A stretch of 64,000 bases of DNA from a virus, in the IMG/VR virus record IMGVR_UViG_3300020159_003728, positions 2,396 to 66,395 of that record. One strand, given 5' to 3'. Position numbers and translations under genes: made by a program. Shown piece by piece: positions 42,475-51,275 of this stretch; within the stretch, counting starts at the first letter, position 1; each line of letters opens with the position of its first letter. The notes below the pieces were generated by a model. The model did not search any database. It was not told the DNA's origin and saw only the letters and a program-made list of their open reading frames with translations.

Positions 42475-42622
42475 CGGTAGACCAACGATGTGCGATCACT
42501 GCGGAGAAATGACAGCAACGCTTACAGTATGGTCTAAAGAGGTCATAAATGCATGCTCCTGCTGGTGTCACACTCGACGAAAAGAAGGTAATGAAGTGAA
42601 AAAGAAAAAGGGCCGTAAATGA
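42467..42622 (+). CDS. Small Cys-rich protein
   Basis: CDHC..CSCWCH; overlaps both neighbours. Confidence 0.5.
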   Translation: MLDGRPTMCDHCGEMTATLTVWSKEVINACSCWCHTRRKEGNEVKKKKGRK

Positions 42623-42786
42623 TCACTCCACAAACAAATCCGATGGTGTGCATAGAACATCTAGAATTCGTTCCCTGCCCACAATGCGAAAAACCACATC
42701 CGGAGTGGTATAGCAGCGATCTCGTTGCCTGGGGTATCGTCAACACTTATCGAACAAACAAAAATGAGGAAGAGGAAACAAAATGA
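42619..42786 (+). CDS. Small hypothetical protein (55 aa)
   Basis: ATGA overlaps at both ends; MITPQTNPMVCIEHLEFVPCPQC. Confidence 0.5.
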   Translation: MITPQTNPMVCIEHLEFVPCPQCEKPHPEWYSSDLVAWGIVNTYRTNKNEEEETK

Positions 42787-42950
42787 CCACACATCAAACA
42801 CGAACCTGGTATCCGTTGCCACAGTCCTTCAAGATTGAGAACAAAAAGACCATCTATACCGTCGTCGCATTTGCCTTCGAACGAGATGGGGTTCTCTGGC
42901 TGACGATGGAAGGCGCAATCTTCGCAGCAGAAGCCGTCGAGGCCAACTGA
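42783..42950 (+). CDS. Small hypothetical protein (55 aa)
   Basis: ATGA overlap and GAGGA upstream; MTTHQTRTWYPLP. Confidence 0.5.
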   Translation: MTTHQTRTWYPLPQSFKIENKKTIYTVVAFAFERDGVLWLTMEGAIFAAEAVEAN

Positions 42951-43110
42951 GGTCGGAAGCCCGTGTGAGAGAGCTGTCGGCTAAATCTATCTGAGAAGTG
43001 GCCTATAGCAGTGTCTTACAGGTGCCCCCCACCCCCAGAATGGGCAAAAAAAAAGCAAAACAGCCCCGCCCGATAGGGCGAACAAACATAACAAGCGATG
43101 ACCAGACAAA

Positions 43111-43146
43111 GAAAAAACCCCACGCTTGTCAGGCGTGGGGTCTCTC
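43111..43146 (-). terminator. Rho-independent terminator
   Basis: On - strand, ACCCCACGCC-tgac-AAGCGTGGGGT followed by a T run. Confidence 0.7.
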
Positions 43147-43163
43147 GTTCTCTTTGCGATTGT

Positions 43164-43310
43164 CTAGCGTCGTCTTGCCTTGACGATGAGCATAGTGACG
43201 ATAGCAACGATGCCCACGACAGCACCTATGGCGTATGAGTCCCATTCAGTGACCTTTTCACACCAACCCTCAGCACAACGATAGGCATTGCCCTCAGCGA
43301 TAAGCCTCAT
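43164..43310 (-). CDS. Small membrane protein (48 aa)
   Basis: MRLIAEG..AIGAVVGIVAIVTMLIVKARRR*; ATGA overlap with the upstream micro-ORF. Confidence 0.5.
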   Translation of the reverse strand: MRLIAEGNAYRCAEGWCEKVTEWDSYAIGAVVGIVAIVTMLIVKARRR

Positions 43311-43378
43311 CGTGTCACCATCGCCATAAGAACCATCGGCAGAACGATTACTGCGATTACCCCAATAATGCTTAGCAT
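43307..43378 (-). CDS. Hydrophobic micro-ORF (23 aa)
   Basis: AAGGAG RBS; MLSIIGVIAVIVLPMVLMAMVTR*. Confidence 0.45.
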   Translation of the reverse strand: MLSIIGVIAVIVLPMVLMAMVTR

Positions 43379-43420
43379 TTTCACTCCTTGTGTTTCTCAG
43401 GCTTGTTCCTGATAGAGATA

Positions 43421-43449
43421 AGCCTATAGACCTACTAGACCAGTGTCAA
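43421..43449 (-). promoter_or_regulatory. SigA-type promoter
   Basis: TTGACA-17 bp-TAGGCT. Confidence 0.7.
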
Positions 43450-43459
43450 GTGTTTCCGT

Positions 43460-43475
43460 GTTACGGTATTGTTAC
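43460..43475. promoter_or_regulatory. GTTAC-N6-GTTAC direct repeat (MtrA/GlnR-type box)
   Basis: GTTACggtattGTTAC. Confidence 0.4.
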
Positions 43476-43494
43476 AACATTTGACATGCCATAC

Positions 43495-43534
43495 CGAACG
43501 AATGTTCGCCATAGATAGACCGAACGAGTGTTCG
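43495..43534. promoter_or_regulatory. Two LexA (SOS) boxes, Gram-positive/actinobacterial type
   Basis: CGAACgaatGTTCG at 43495-43508 and CGAACgagtGTTCG at 43521-43534. Confidence 0.75.
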
Positions 43535-43554
43535 ATTGTGTCCCCCCAATAGAC

Positions 43555-43634
43555 TTATCCACACCCTGTGTATAAACCTGTGGATAACCTCAATGGTTAC
43601 CTGTGGATAACACTGTGTAAAAACCTGTGGATAA
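43555..43634. promoter_or_regulatory. Cluster of six DnaA boxes
   Basis: TTATCCACA 43555, TGTGTATAA 43567, TGTGGATAA 43579, 43602 and 43626, TGTGTAAAA 43614. All fit TTWTNCACA. Confidence 0.85.
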
Positions 43635-43737
43635 CCTCATTACTCAAATAGTCCCGTAGAAAGAGAATGACCAATACTGCTCACGGGTGGCTTACGGGTG
43701 ATTACTCAGGGTGAATAGCAGGACTAGACTCTCACCT

Positions 43738-43950
43738 ATGAACGACACAACCATCACCTCACTAGACGGGGCTATGAAGGACTTGGAAACAATACTGCTC
43801 ACGGGGTATGTCCTGGGTGTTCCAGGCTGCGCGGAGTTTCGAGAGAAGCACTATCCAACCCTCAACAGAATCCGGGACTTACTGGAAGAGGTCGATGACC
43901 TTCGAACGGAGAAAGAACGACTCGAGCGCGTAGCTGGCTGGTCGTACTAA
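43738..43950 (+). CDS. Hypothetical protein (leaderless)
   Basis: TAGACT lies 7 nt before the ATG. Confidence 0.55.
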   Translation: MNDTTITSLDGAMKDLETILLTGYVLGVPGCAEFREKHYPTLNRIRDLLEEVDDLRTEKERLERVAGWSY

Positions 43951-44108
43951 CGCTTACGGGAGTCGCATCTCCAAGCAGCGACACCAATAGCAGTCATCCC
44001 AAGAGCCCCGACAATGTACCCGAAGGTCGCAGCACCAACGGCCATGGGTATAACAATCAGTACCTTACCAAGGACCCCAGCATTTTCCCAAGCGTTATTC
44101 AGTTTCAC
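43947..44108 (-). CDS. Small membrane protein (53 aa)
   Basis: GTG-start ORF with a long hydrophobic stretch (VLIVIPMAVGAATFGYIVGALG). Confidence 0.4.
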   Translation of the reverse strand: MKLNNAWENAGVLGKVLIVIPMAVGAATFGYIVGALGMTAIGVAAWRCDSRKR

Positions 44109-44292
44109 GGGACTGCCTGCCCTTTAAGACTGGACCACGGAGGTCATGCGTACGCAATGGGTGACCTGGAGGCAGCATCTGGCGATTCTTGCCAGCCTTC
44201 GTACCGGATCGATCCTCGCTCAGCCCCGTGAGTGGGTTGACGATCGTACGACCAATGCCTTTCGACTGAGATCCCTTGTTCTTTTTGCCCAT
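44095..44292 (-). CDS. Small basic hypothetical protein
   Basis: TAAAAT lies 5 nt before the ATG. Confidence 0.55.
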   Translation of the reverse strand: MGKKNKGSQSKGIGRTIVNPLTGLSEDRSGTKAGKNRQMLPPGHPLRTHDLRGPVLKGRQSRETE

Positions 44293-44330
44293 TCTTTATT
44301 TTACACGAGCATGATTTGGCTCTGTGTTAA

Positions 44331-44711
44331 CTAACGGGACTCCCAGGGTGCTACCGGATTACCGGCACTGCTTACCGGAGCCTGGCCGCGGGTATCGCCA
44401 TCGCCACCGAGGAGACCCTGAGTCTTTCGAGCATTGAGCTTGGAGAGGTTCATAGCCCCGATATCGTTTAGGTCGTAGCCAATCTCCGCCGCTAGTCGTG
44501 CGCAGTACCAGAGGACATCACCGATCTCGTGAGCTAGGGCTTCTCTACGCTCGGGGCTGATGACGCCGCCTTCATCACGGATGGCTTTCTTGACCTTGCC
44601 AGCTACCTCGCCTGCTTCGGAAGCAAGACCTAACGCGGTGTACACCAAGCCTTGCTCGGGGGGATAGATCGCAGTCGGGGCTGTTGCTGCCTGATAAATA
44701 GACAGATCCAC
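44331..44711 (-). CDS. MazG-like nucleotide pyrophosphohydrolase
   Basis: LGLASEAGEVAGKVKK, EIGDVLWY and NLSKL..R. Start set at GTG 44711. Confidence 0.9.
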   Translation of the reverse strand: MDLSIYQAATAPTAIYPPEQGLVYTALGLASEAGEVAGKVKKAIRDEGGVISPERREALAHEIGDVLWYCARLAAEIGYDLNDIGAMNLSKLNARKTQGLLGGDGDTRGQAPVSSAGNPVAPWESR

Positions 44712-44715
44712 TGGT

Positions 44716-45027
44716 TTACTCTTTCTCCTGCTCGGGGGCAGTTTCTTCGATCTCTTTTTGGAGTCGATCAAACGCTTCACCTGCTTCGGGCGGGGTCTGG
44801 AAGACTTGCGGGGCTCCCTCTGCCTCCCATTTGTTGATCGGACACGAGGAGTGTGGGAGCATTACCTTCGCCGGCATGAAGCATCCGCATAACGCGCATC
44901 GCTCGAGCCCAGTGAAGTATTGGCAATCCTTGCAAATGTCTAAACGGGACTTACGGACCATCCTGGCCACACGAGGAATCGTTGGGTTGAGCAAGTCGTA
45001 AGGTTTTGCTTCGCGTTCTGGAATCAC
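44716..45027 (-). CDS. Cys-rich protein, DUF6171-like
   Basis: RLDICKDC..RCALCGCFM..K..CPINKW. AAGGAG RBS. Confidence 0.7.
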   Translation of the reverse strand: MIPEREAKPYDLLNPTIPRVARMVRKSRLDICKDCQYFTGLERCALCGCFMPAKVMLPHSSCPINKWEAEGAPQVFQTPPEAGEAFDRLQKEIEETAPEQEKE

Positions 45028-45043
45028 TTTTGTCTCCTTTTCA

Positions 45044-45163
45044 GTGGTGGCGGGCGACCATCAAGGTGGGTCTATGAGTCCCGTTTTGTTAACGCCCTCG
45101 AGGGGACAGGACCCTCGACGGACGCTGATCGCCCTTCACTGGGAAAGGATCCAGCTAGCCACC
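45044..45163 (-). ncRNA. Candidate structured RNA or 5' leader
   Basis: Nested stems GGTGGC/GCCACC, GGGCGA/TCGCCC and TCGAGGG/CCCTCGA. A TATGCT -10 element lies about 6 nt upstream on -. Confidence 0.45.
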
Positions 45164-45180
45164 GTGTTCAGCATAGCAAA

Positions 45181-45804
45181 TCAATCAAAGTCCCATTGAG
45201 TTCCGAAGCCCTCTTTCTCTAGCCCCGCAGCGAGTGTCTTGAAGTAGATATCCTTGTGACTCTCTGGTTCGACCTCTTTTGGCATCTCGAGGGCCTTCTG
45301 GATTACTGCTGGGTACGCAGCATCACGAAGGCTGGAAGAGTCCCGTGTTCTCATCAGGGAGCCCCATTCCACGACCCTCCCCAGTCCAACATGGTACGGA
45401 GCAGTGACGACCTCGTAGTCAGTTGGGGTAACAAAAGTCAAGGTCAAACACTCTGATACGGGGCTGTCTTCTTCGATAAAAAGCTCACGAAGATCCCTCC
45501 CTGCGCTGCGTTCGCTGTCCACGGATACAAATCCCTCCGCCATGAATACAAACTCGTCGATACCCCAGCCTCGACGCAAGATCGATGCTGCCTGCGCCAC
45601 CCGCTTGATTCGTCGGGGCTGCGAGTCGTTCATAAAGGCTGATCCCATAGTCGCAATGACCGCTAGTCGGTCGCCGCGCCAACCAAACAGAGAGAAGGTG
45701 AGATCCTCACCAACGCCATATTCCTTAATGCCCTCGACTTTGGCGGTTTTTCCTGACTCAAGACATAGTGCCAGCTTGTAGTCCCGGGTTGGGTATTCTT
45801 CCAT
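45181..45804 (-). CDS. Hypothetical protein
   Basis: 207-aa ORF with normal globular composition. Confidence 0.7.
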   Translation of the reverse strand: MEEYPTRDYKLALCLESGKTAKVEGIKEYGVGEDLTFSLFGWRGDRLAVIATMGSAFMNDSQPRRIKRVAQAASILRRGWGIDEFVFMAEGFVSVDSERSAGRDLRELFIEEDSPVSECLTLTFVTPTDYEVVTAPYHVGLGRVVEWGSLMRTRDSSSLRDAAYPAVIQKALEMPKEVEPESHKDIYFKTLAAGLEKEGFGTQWDFD

Positions 45805-45849
45805 CTCGACAGTCTTTCATACCTGAGTGAACCCCAGGGTATCGTCCGG

Positions 45850-45984
45850 TTACCACTCTTCAGATCGCCAGGCCCGGTTCTCTCGACGCCGGAGAAGCCC
45901 CGACCAAGCACTCGTCTTGCTGCGACGAAGGGTTCGACAGCAGCCGTACGGGCACTGACGCTCAGCTCGCTTGTTGTGAAGCAC
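45850..45984 (-). CDS. Small basic Cys protein (44 aa)
   Basis: AGGAGG then GTG; CPYGCC..RRRENRAW. Confidence 0.5.
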   Translation of the reverse strand: MLHNKRAERQCPYGCCRTLRRSKTSAWSGLLRRRENRAWRSEEW

Positions 45985-46049
45985 CTTGTACCTCCTGTGG
46001 TAGCCCCGTGGTTCCGCCACGAACGCTTTTTTTAGGGTAGCCTGCGGGT

Positions 46050-46391
46050 ATGAGCAACTCTAACCCATCACCCAAAAAGAAGGCTGCAGCCAAGAAGCCT
46101 GTTGCCAAGAAGACTGCGCCGAAGAAGGCCTCTTCCGGGGCTAAGAAAGAACCCGCCAAGCGTGGTCGACCCCCAAAGAAGAAGGTCGAGCAAGCTCGCG
46201 TTTACGATCCCCTTGCGGATACGGTCGAGGACATCACCAATGCGGTCGAAGCAATGTTCGAGGAAGTTAAAGACGGGGCTGCTGAAGTGGCTGAGACAAT
46301 CAAGGAAACGGTCGACAATGTGATCCGTGCCAGTGATGTCATCAAGCCCAGTCTCCGCAAGAGAATGCTCGCCTGGTTCAAACGCAAGTAA
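46050..46391 (+). CDS. Histone-like Lys/Ala-rich protein
   Basis: KKAAAKKPVAKK and KRGRPP. TAGCCT lies 6 nt before the ATG. Confidence 0.7.
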   Translation: MSNSNPSPKKKAAAKKPVAKKTAPKKASSGAKKEPAKRGRPPKKKVEQARVYDPLADTVEDITNAVEAMFEEVKDGAAEVAETIKETVDNVIRASDVIKPSLRKRMLAWFKRK

Positions 46392-46410
46392 TCGGGGCTA
46401 TTATGGTCGT

Positions 46411-46548
46411 ATGAAACGACCTAAATGGAATGAAGAAGATCGCTTCCTCTTTACTACTCAGCGTCTACGCGCGCATACCAGCATCAATCGTCAGAAAGAA
46501 GGCCGTCGACGAGCTTGTCGTCAGCGTTTTATCGCGGATGAGTACTAA
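46411..46548 (+). CDS. Small basic protein (leaderless)
   Basis: TATTAT lies 6 nt before the ATG. Confidence 0.5.
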   Translation: MKRPKWNEEDRFLFTTQRLRAHTSINRQKEGRRRACRQRFIADEY

Positions 46549-46898
46549 CGGGGCTTCTTGGTCTTTGGAAGCGGTTGACTGCGAAGTCGCTGCCCACACG
46601 CCAGACACATCTCTGACCACGGATACCACCGGCGCTGATTTAGCGGGTGCGAACAGTCGAGTAGTTCTGTAGCTTTGGCGTTGAGACAGTCCCGTATGAA
46701 TTCCGAAAGAGATACGCCCTGACTCTGAGCTGCTTGTTTCCAACGCTCGTGGTCGGCAACGCTTGCGCGGATCAGAACTTGTCTTCCAGCAGGCTCGCCA
46801 GGGTCACTCCCCGTGTTCTTCGAACGACCGGTTGAGGTCGTCTCCGCCACCTTCTCCATTGCTGCTTCCAAATTGTCCGGGACTTCTTCTGTCGACAT
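46545..46898 (-). CDS. Ribbon-helix-helix DNA-binding protein
   Basis: QVLIRASVADHERWKQAAQSQGVSLSEFIR plus a C-terminal Cys/His motif. Confidence 0.7.
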   Translation of the reverse strand: MSTEEVPDNLEAAMEKVAETTSTGRSKNTGSDPGEPAGRQVLIRASVADHERWKQAAQSQGVSLSEFIRDCLNAKATELLDCSHPLNQRRWYPWSEMCLACGQRLRSQPLPKTKKPR

Positions 46899-47508
46899 CT
46901 AGGATCACCTCTTCCTCTACCGTAGCAGAGGAAGGAAGGGCTAATTGGATACCCAGCATCTCGTTCACCGTTGCTTGTGGCAAAACCCCAGATCGACCCA
47001 TCAGTTCGAGTAGCTTGCGTGCCTCTGCTTCTGGATCGAATGTCTCCTTCGGGGAAGCCCCGGCTGCCGTGCCAGCAAGAACAGCGCGCGGCTCGTGACC
47101 TATTCCGACCTGCTCGACCGTCATATTGAGGTTGTTTTGCTCCATTCCAAGGAGCTTTGACCGTTGGTTCATTATCGCTAAGACCGACTGAATTGCCTTG
47201 AGATCAGGCTCAACATTGACTTCAGTCCCGTCATCAAGGGTGATCTTGCGATGTTGAGTCATTGGCCAAATCGCTTGCTGAAGTGCGTCAAGTCGCTCAA
47301 GCTCGAGACGAAGCACCTCTGGGTAGCTCGATACAGCTTCGGAATTCATTCGAGAAAGCTGCCGACCAAGGGCGGAGTTCACTGCTCGAGTGGTCATCTG
47401 GAAGCGTCGAGCTATGTCTCCGGGGGAGACGCCAGCTTTACGCATAGCAAAGATGCGTAAGTCCCGTTCAGCAAGGAACTCCTTGGTTAATCCTTCTCGT
47501 GATGCCAT
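46804..47508 (-). CDS. HTH protein, probable terminase small subunit
   Basis: N-terminal HTH, then LELERLDAL..W..DLKAI..RSKLLG, a pattern typical of phage small terminases. Confidence 0.6.
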   Translation of the reverse strand: MASREGLTKEFLAERDLRIFAMRKAGVSPGDIARRFQMTTRAVNSALGRQLSRMNSEAVSSYPEVLRLELERLDALQQAIWPMTQHRKITLDDGTEVNVEPDLKAIQSVLAIMNQRSKLLGMEQNNLNMTVEQVGIGHEPRAVLAGTAAGASPKETFDPEAEARKLLELMGRSGVLPQATVNEMLGIQLALPSSATVEEEVILDVDRRSPGQFGSSNGEGGGDDLNRSFEEHGE

Positions 47509-49223
47509 TATTCGACCTTTCGGAACTCCAGGACCTCGAATGGAAAGGTCGTGCCCCTCTTCATTTTAGTCGGAAATTCACGAACATCTCGCTCACCTCG
47601 GAAATGCTTTACCTGATAAACGAACCCCTCTGTACTTAGTGGATCAGGCATCAGGGCCAGACCGAACTCTGGCCATCGTGACCAGACAGCCGAACCGAAT
47701 GGTCGTAAGTCCCGTTGACCGGCAGTCCCAAGTGGAGCGTGGTGTTCCAGCCAGAGAGCGCAGTTGTAGACATCGCGAAGCATATCAAGGTACTTTGCTA
47801 CCTCGACAGCTAGTGCTTCACTAGTGCGGCCACCTGGATCAACGAATGCCTTGTACAAAGGACCAATACAGATCAAATCGGGGCTCACTGATTCGATTGC
47901 CTTTTCGATGAACTGCCTATCAGATGCCTTGAGGAGATCGATACCCGAGGGTTGGATCAGGATATGGGCATTAATCTTTTCCGTATGTCCGTACTTCTGG
48001 GCATTAAGCATGATCGAGCGGCTGGTGCGTCGAATGATCCGCTCTGGGTTCTCAAGGTCAATAGTCAATGTTGTGAGCGGCTTCATGTGGGTCATCTTAA
48101 ATGGATGTAGTCCCGCAGCAGAACAGATAGCGACTTGGCGTGCGAGCATCGTCTTTCCGACGCCTTCGGAGGCAACGACAATGACTCGTTCTTGCCGCTC
48201 GAGCACTCCTGGGATAACCCAATCGTAGGAGTCGTCATACTCTTGAGTTACAAATTCTTGCCAATCTAATAGACGGCCATTCGGGACTACCTGAGGGTTG
48301 CCAAAGCTTCCAATGAGCATTGATGCTCGACTGAGCTTCTGTGTATCGGTCAGGTCATCTCGAGTCAGGACTTCGTTGATCTCATCTGCGAGTTCACCAA
48401 GCGGATCTGCTTCTTTGATGTTCTCAATGACCACGGGGGTCATTTCATCGGCAACCTCAAGTGCGACTACTTCTTTAGGGCTGCCACCGTCGTGGAGAAA
48501 ATCAGCAATGTCTTTGCCTCGTGGGGTGCGCCAAGCTCGCACGGGTATGCCAGCTTCCTCAAGTACCCCAACCACCTTCCAAGCGTGCTGACGACCGGGC
48601 TCGTCATTGTCTGCGATGATCTCGACCTTTGCCCCAACAAGGGCATCAGTGTGAATTTGTAACCACTTACCAGCCCCGCCCGGCATTGTCGTGGCAACAT
48701 ACCCAAGTCCGATCAAGACATCTGCGTCTTTCTCGCCCTCGACCAGATACACCTTCTGACCAGAAATGGCTGCCTGTCTAACGGCGGGCAGGTTGTAGAG
48801 AACCTTTGGAGTATCACCAAGTTTGTAGTCCCAACCCCCGTTGCCGTCTGGCTTGCGCTGTCGGAAAGTCTTGCGCCCAGACTCATCAAGAAATCGTTGC
48901 TTCTGGAAAAGAAGAGTGCCATCTTCGTCGCAATACTTGTATGTAGCGACCAGCGTAAGTTTTTCTTTCTCGTGCTTTGGTTGCTTCGGGAATAGATCAT
49001 TCATCTGTAATCCCACTGCTTCGCAAATCTCACCTACACCGCACCCACCACCGCGATGACAAGTCACTAAAACGCGCCCATCTATACCCTGACTAATAGA
49101 GAGTGATGGATTGTCGTCGTCGTTACGGCAAGGGCAAGATGCTGTCCACCCCTCACCACTCGACTTGACGCGGTTGAGTCGACCTAGGAAGTTATCTATT
49201 TCTGGTGAAGTCGCTTTCGTCAC
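47508..49223 (-). CDS. Primase-helicase (Zn finger, TOPRIM, RepA-like ATPase)
   Basis: CPC..D..PSLS..C..GC, VEGEKD, ADND and ASEGVGKT Walker A. Confidence 0.9.
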   Translation of the reverse strand: MTKATSPEIDNFLGRLNRVKSSGEGWTASCPCRNDDDNPSLSISQGIDGRVLVTCHRGGGCGVGEICEAVGLQMNDLFPKQPKHEKEKLTLVATYKYCDEDGTLLFQKQRFLDESGRKTFRQRKPDGNGGWDYKLGDTPKVLYNLPAVRQAAISGQKVYLVEGEKDADVLIGLGYVATTMPGGAGKWLQIHTDALVGAKVEIIADNDEPGRQHAWKVVGVLEEAGIPVRAWRTPRGKDIADFLHDGGSPKEVVALEVADEMTPVVIENIKEADPLGELADEINEVLTRDDLTDTQKLSRASMLIGSFGNPQVVPNGRLLDWQEFVTQEYDDSYDWVIPGVLERQERVIVVASEGVGKTMLARQVAICSAAGLHPFKMTHMKPLTTLTIDLENPERIIRRTSRSIMLNAQKYGHTEKINAHILIQPSGIDLLKASDRQFIEKAIESVSPDLICIGPLYKAFVDPGGRTSEALAVEVAKYLDMLRDVYNCALWLEHHAPLGTAGQRDLRPFGSAVWSRWPEFGLALMPDPLSTEGFVYQVKHFRGERDVREFPTKMKRGTTFPFEVLEFRKVE

Positions 49224-49897
49224 GGGGCAACTCTACCCGCACTGATCCACGCTTCGTAAGTCACGGGCATCACCGCTGCGAATACTTCCTCAACCTTCTG
49301 CGCCAACACACGGATCTCGTATTGTGCTGCGGGGTGATTTCGCAAACCTAAGAAGTTCATCAAGCTGCGAGCGTTTACTGTCCAATAAAACTCAGTGAAT
49401 GTCGCAAGTGGAATTACCGTGCGAGCAAGCTCTTTGGCTACTCCGAGTTCTATTAGTTGGTGGTAAACATCAAACGAATGATAAACGGCTTCGCTTATGA
49501 AGTTCTGTGCTGTTTCAGCATCTTCGGCATTCATCTGTTCGAATGTGTAAGCACCTGGCTTACCAACCTGTGTTCGAACTGCGTCTTCCGACGGAACATA
49601 GAGGCGCTCCTCAATTACGGAGTACCGGCCGGAGTACTCGTTAAATGATCCGATGCGATGCCGGAACCACTCACGCGCAACAAACAACGGGGCTTCGACT
49701 TTAAAGATGAAGCAGTTATGTTCGAATGGCGTTCCGTGATGTTCGCGCATCAAGAACTTGATGAGTCCTTTATCAGCATCAGCAAGTGTCTCTGACATTC
49801 GACCGAATGATACGCGGGCAGCGTTGACAACCATTAGGTCGTCAGCAAGAGAGTCAATTAGTGTTACTCGGCCTGGTTCATTAGAAAACTTAGTCAT
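49220..49897 (-). CDS. thyX: Flavin-dependent thymidylate synthase
   Basis: VNAARVS, HGTPFEH, RHRIGSFNEYSGRY and ELAR. Confidence 0.97.
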   Translation of the reverse strand: MTKFSNEPGRVTLIDSLADDLMVVNAARVSFGRMSETLADADKGLIKFLMREHHGTPFEHNCFIFKVEAPLFVAREWFRHRIGSFNEYSGRYSVIEERLYVPSEDAVRTQVGKPGAYTFEQMNAEDAETAQNFISEAVYHSFDVYHQLIELGVAKELARTVIPLATFTEFYWTVNARSLMNFLGLRNHPAAQYEIRVLAQKVEEVFAAVMPVTYEAWISAGRVAP

Positions 49898-50222
49898 TTT
49901 GCTTCACCTTCATTGACTTGATTGCGAATGTTGCTTTGCGTAACTTGATGCGCTCCTGCTCGATGATTACTTTCTCTGGTCGTTGTACGACAATGTTCAT
50001 ATCTCGTCTCAAGTATGATCGTTGCTTCTCTGAAGTGCCACCCCAGATGCCATAGTCCTCGTGAGCAAGTGCGTAGTCCCGGCATTCAGTTAGGTGAGGA
50101 CAAATCAAACAGAGCTGCTTGGCTAGCTTCTCTTTCGTTCGTTCCTCTGCCGTGTATGGCAAGTTGATAAAGAACAACTCAGCGTGACCAATACACGCAG
50201 CGTTCGGCATTTCTGGTTTCAT
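49890..50222 (-). CDS. whiB: WhiB-family transcription factor
   Basis: Four Cys (C..CLIC-x5-C) and GIWGG. Confidence 0.9.
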   Translation of the reverse strand: MKPEMPNAACIGHAELFFINLPYTAEERTKEKLAKQLCLICPHLTECRDYALAHEDYGIWGGTSEKQRSYLRRDMNIVVQRPEKVIIEQERIKLRKATFAIKSMKVKQND

Positions 50223-50232
50223 AGCATTCCTT

Positions 50233-50709
50233 TCAGGATCGTGATTCTGTTAGATCTCGCACTCGCCAAGTTCCACGCTTGACTTGCTCAAAGATCAAAG
50301 ATGTAGTTAGGTACTTCAGCATTGTTGATGTAGAAAATCCAGTCACCTCTACGAGTTGCGAGGTAGTAAACAGCTCATTCTGATGTGTCCTTGCCCACAA
50401 CTCAAATGTCGCATAGCGAGAAGCGCGGGTTGCCTTCTCGGTATTCTCCTCGTCAAGCACTGCGGTCGGTCGCCAGCCCGGGAGATGACATCGCTCAATA
50501 CGGAAGTTGCGCCACGACTCGTGACCTTTCGTTCCGCCCCAACAGGTGAGTGAACCGTCTGGACCTATGTAGCGAAAGAAGTATGACCCTTCTTCTTTTT
50601 CGACGACTATCTGTTGGCCGACATCGATTACCGTGCCATCAACTTCTGATTTAGTAAACACGGGAACTTCTGATTTAGTAGAGGCGGAAACTTTTGATTT
50701 AGTAGGCAC
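50233..50709 (-). CDS. Hypothetical protein with a C-terminal winged helix
   Basis: FTTSQLVEVTGFSTSTMLKYL..RGTWRV. Confidence 0.65.
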   Translation of the reverse strand: MPTKSKVSASTKSEVPVFTKSEVDGTVIDVGQQIVVEKEEGSYFFRYIGPDGSLTCWGGTKGHESWRNFRIERCHLPGWRPTAVLDEENTEKATRASRYATFELWARTHQNELFTTSQLVEVTGFSTSTMLKYLTTSLIFEQVKRGTWRVRDLTESRS

Positions 50710-50718
50710 GGGGCTAAC

Positions 50719-51213
50719 TTACTCACTTTCGATAGTGATATCAATGATTGATGGAAGATTTTTTGTTGTTATTCGTTTTGCATCTGCTGCGCTAAGAAAA
50801 ACAAGAGCATACGCAACTGTGAGCGTGCCGTCAACATCTTCGAGCACAACATCAATAGAATCACTTGGAATTTTTAGTGCAGACGCAAGCGAGCCCTGAA
50901 GTCGCATTGCATCTTGATCACTCTGAAGGTCGTCGTTAGCATCATCAATAAAATCTGCAACATCTACGAATACTTGCTGTGTTGGTCGAGTGCCTATTAG
51001 CGAACGGAGATCAGCTCCCTTTTCTTCGGCAACCACACACCAAGTACACGCCATTTGTCCGGCCGGCGCAATACGCTTTCGCGACTCAGTATGGCCGCAC
51101 GATAGACGGTGCAGATACTTGATGCCGTCACCCTGGCCCCACTGACCAATTTTGATCACCTCGAGAACATCACGCTTCGGGGCTTTCTTCCTACTGATCC
51201 CATCGTTTGCCAC
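50719..51213 (-). CDS. Hypothetical protein with an LSCGH..CTWC motif
   Basis: 164-aa ORF with a Zn-ribbon-like motif. Confidence 0.65.
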   Translation of the reverse strand: MANDGISRKKAPKRDVLEVIKIGQWGQGDGIKYLHRLSCGHTESRKRIAPAGQMACTWCVVAEEKGADLRSLIGTRPTQQVFVDVADFIDDANDDLQSDQDAMRLQGSLASALKIPSDSIDVVLEDVDGTLTVAYALVFLSAADAKRITTKNLPSIIDITIESE

Positions 51214-51275
51214 AAAGCTCGCCTATTCCCCTGATGTACTGTGTGTTGCTCTAACACTACAAGGTTCGTGGAACT

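Noticed and set aside
43555-43634. Bacterial chromosomal oriC or host contamination
   Set aside because: No dnaA, dnaN or rpmH context; both flanks are phage-like small genes.
45044-45163. tRNA gene (ends in CCA)
   Set aside because: No T-loop GTTC motif or cloverleaf spacing. I saw no canonical tRNA anywhere in the window by eye.
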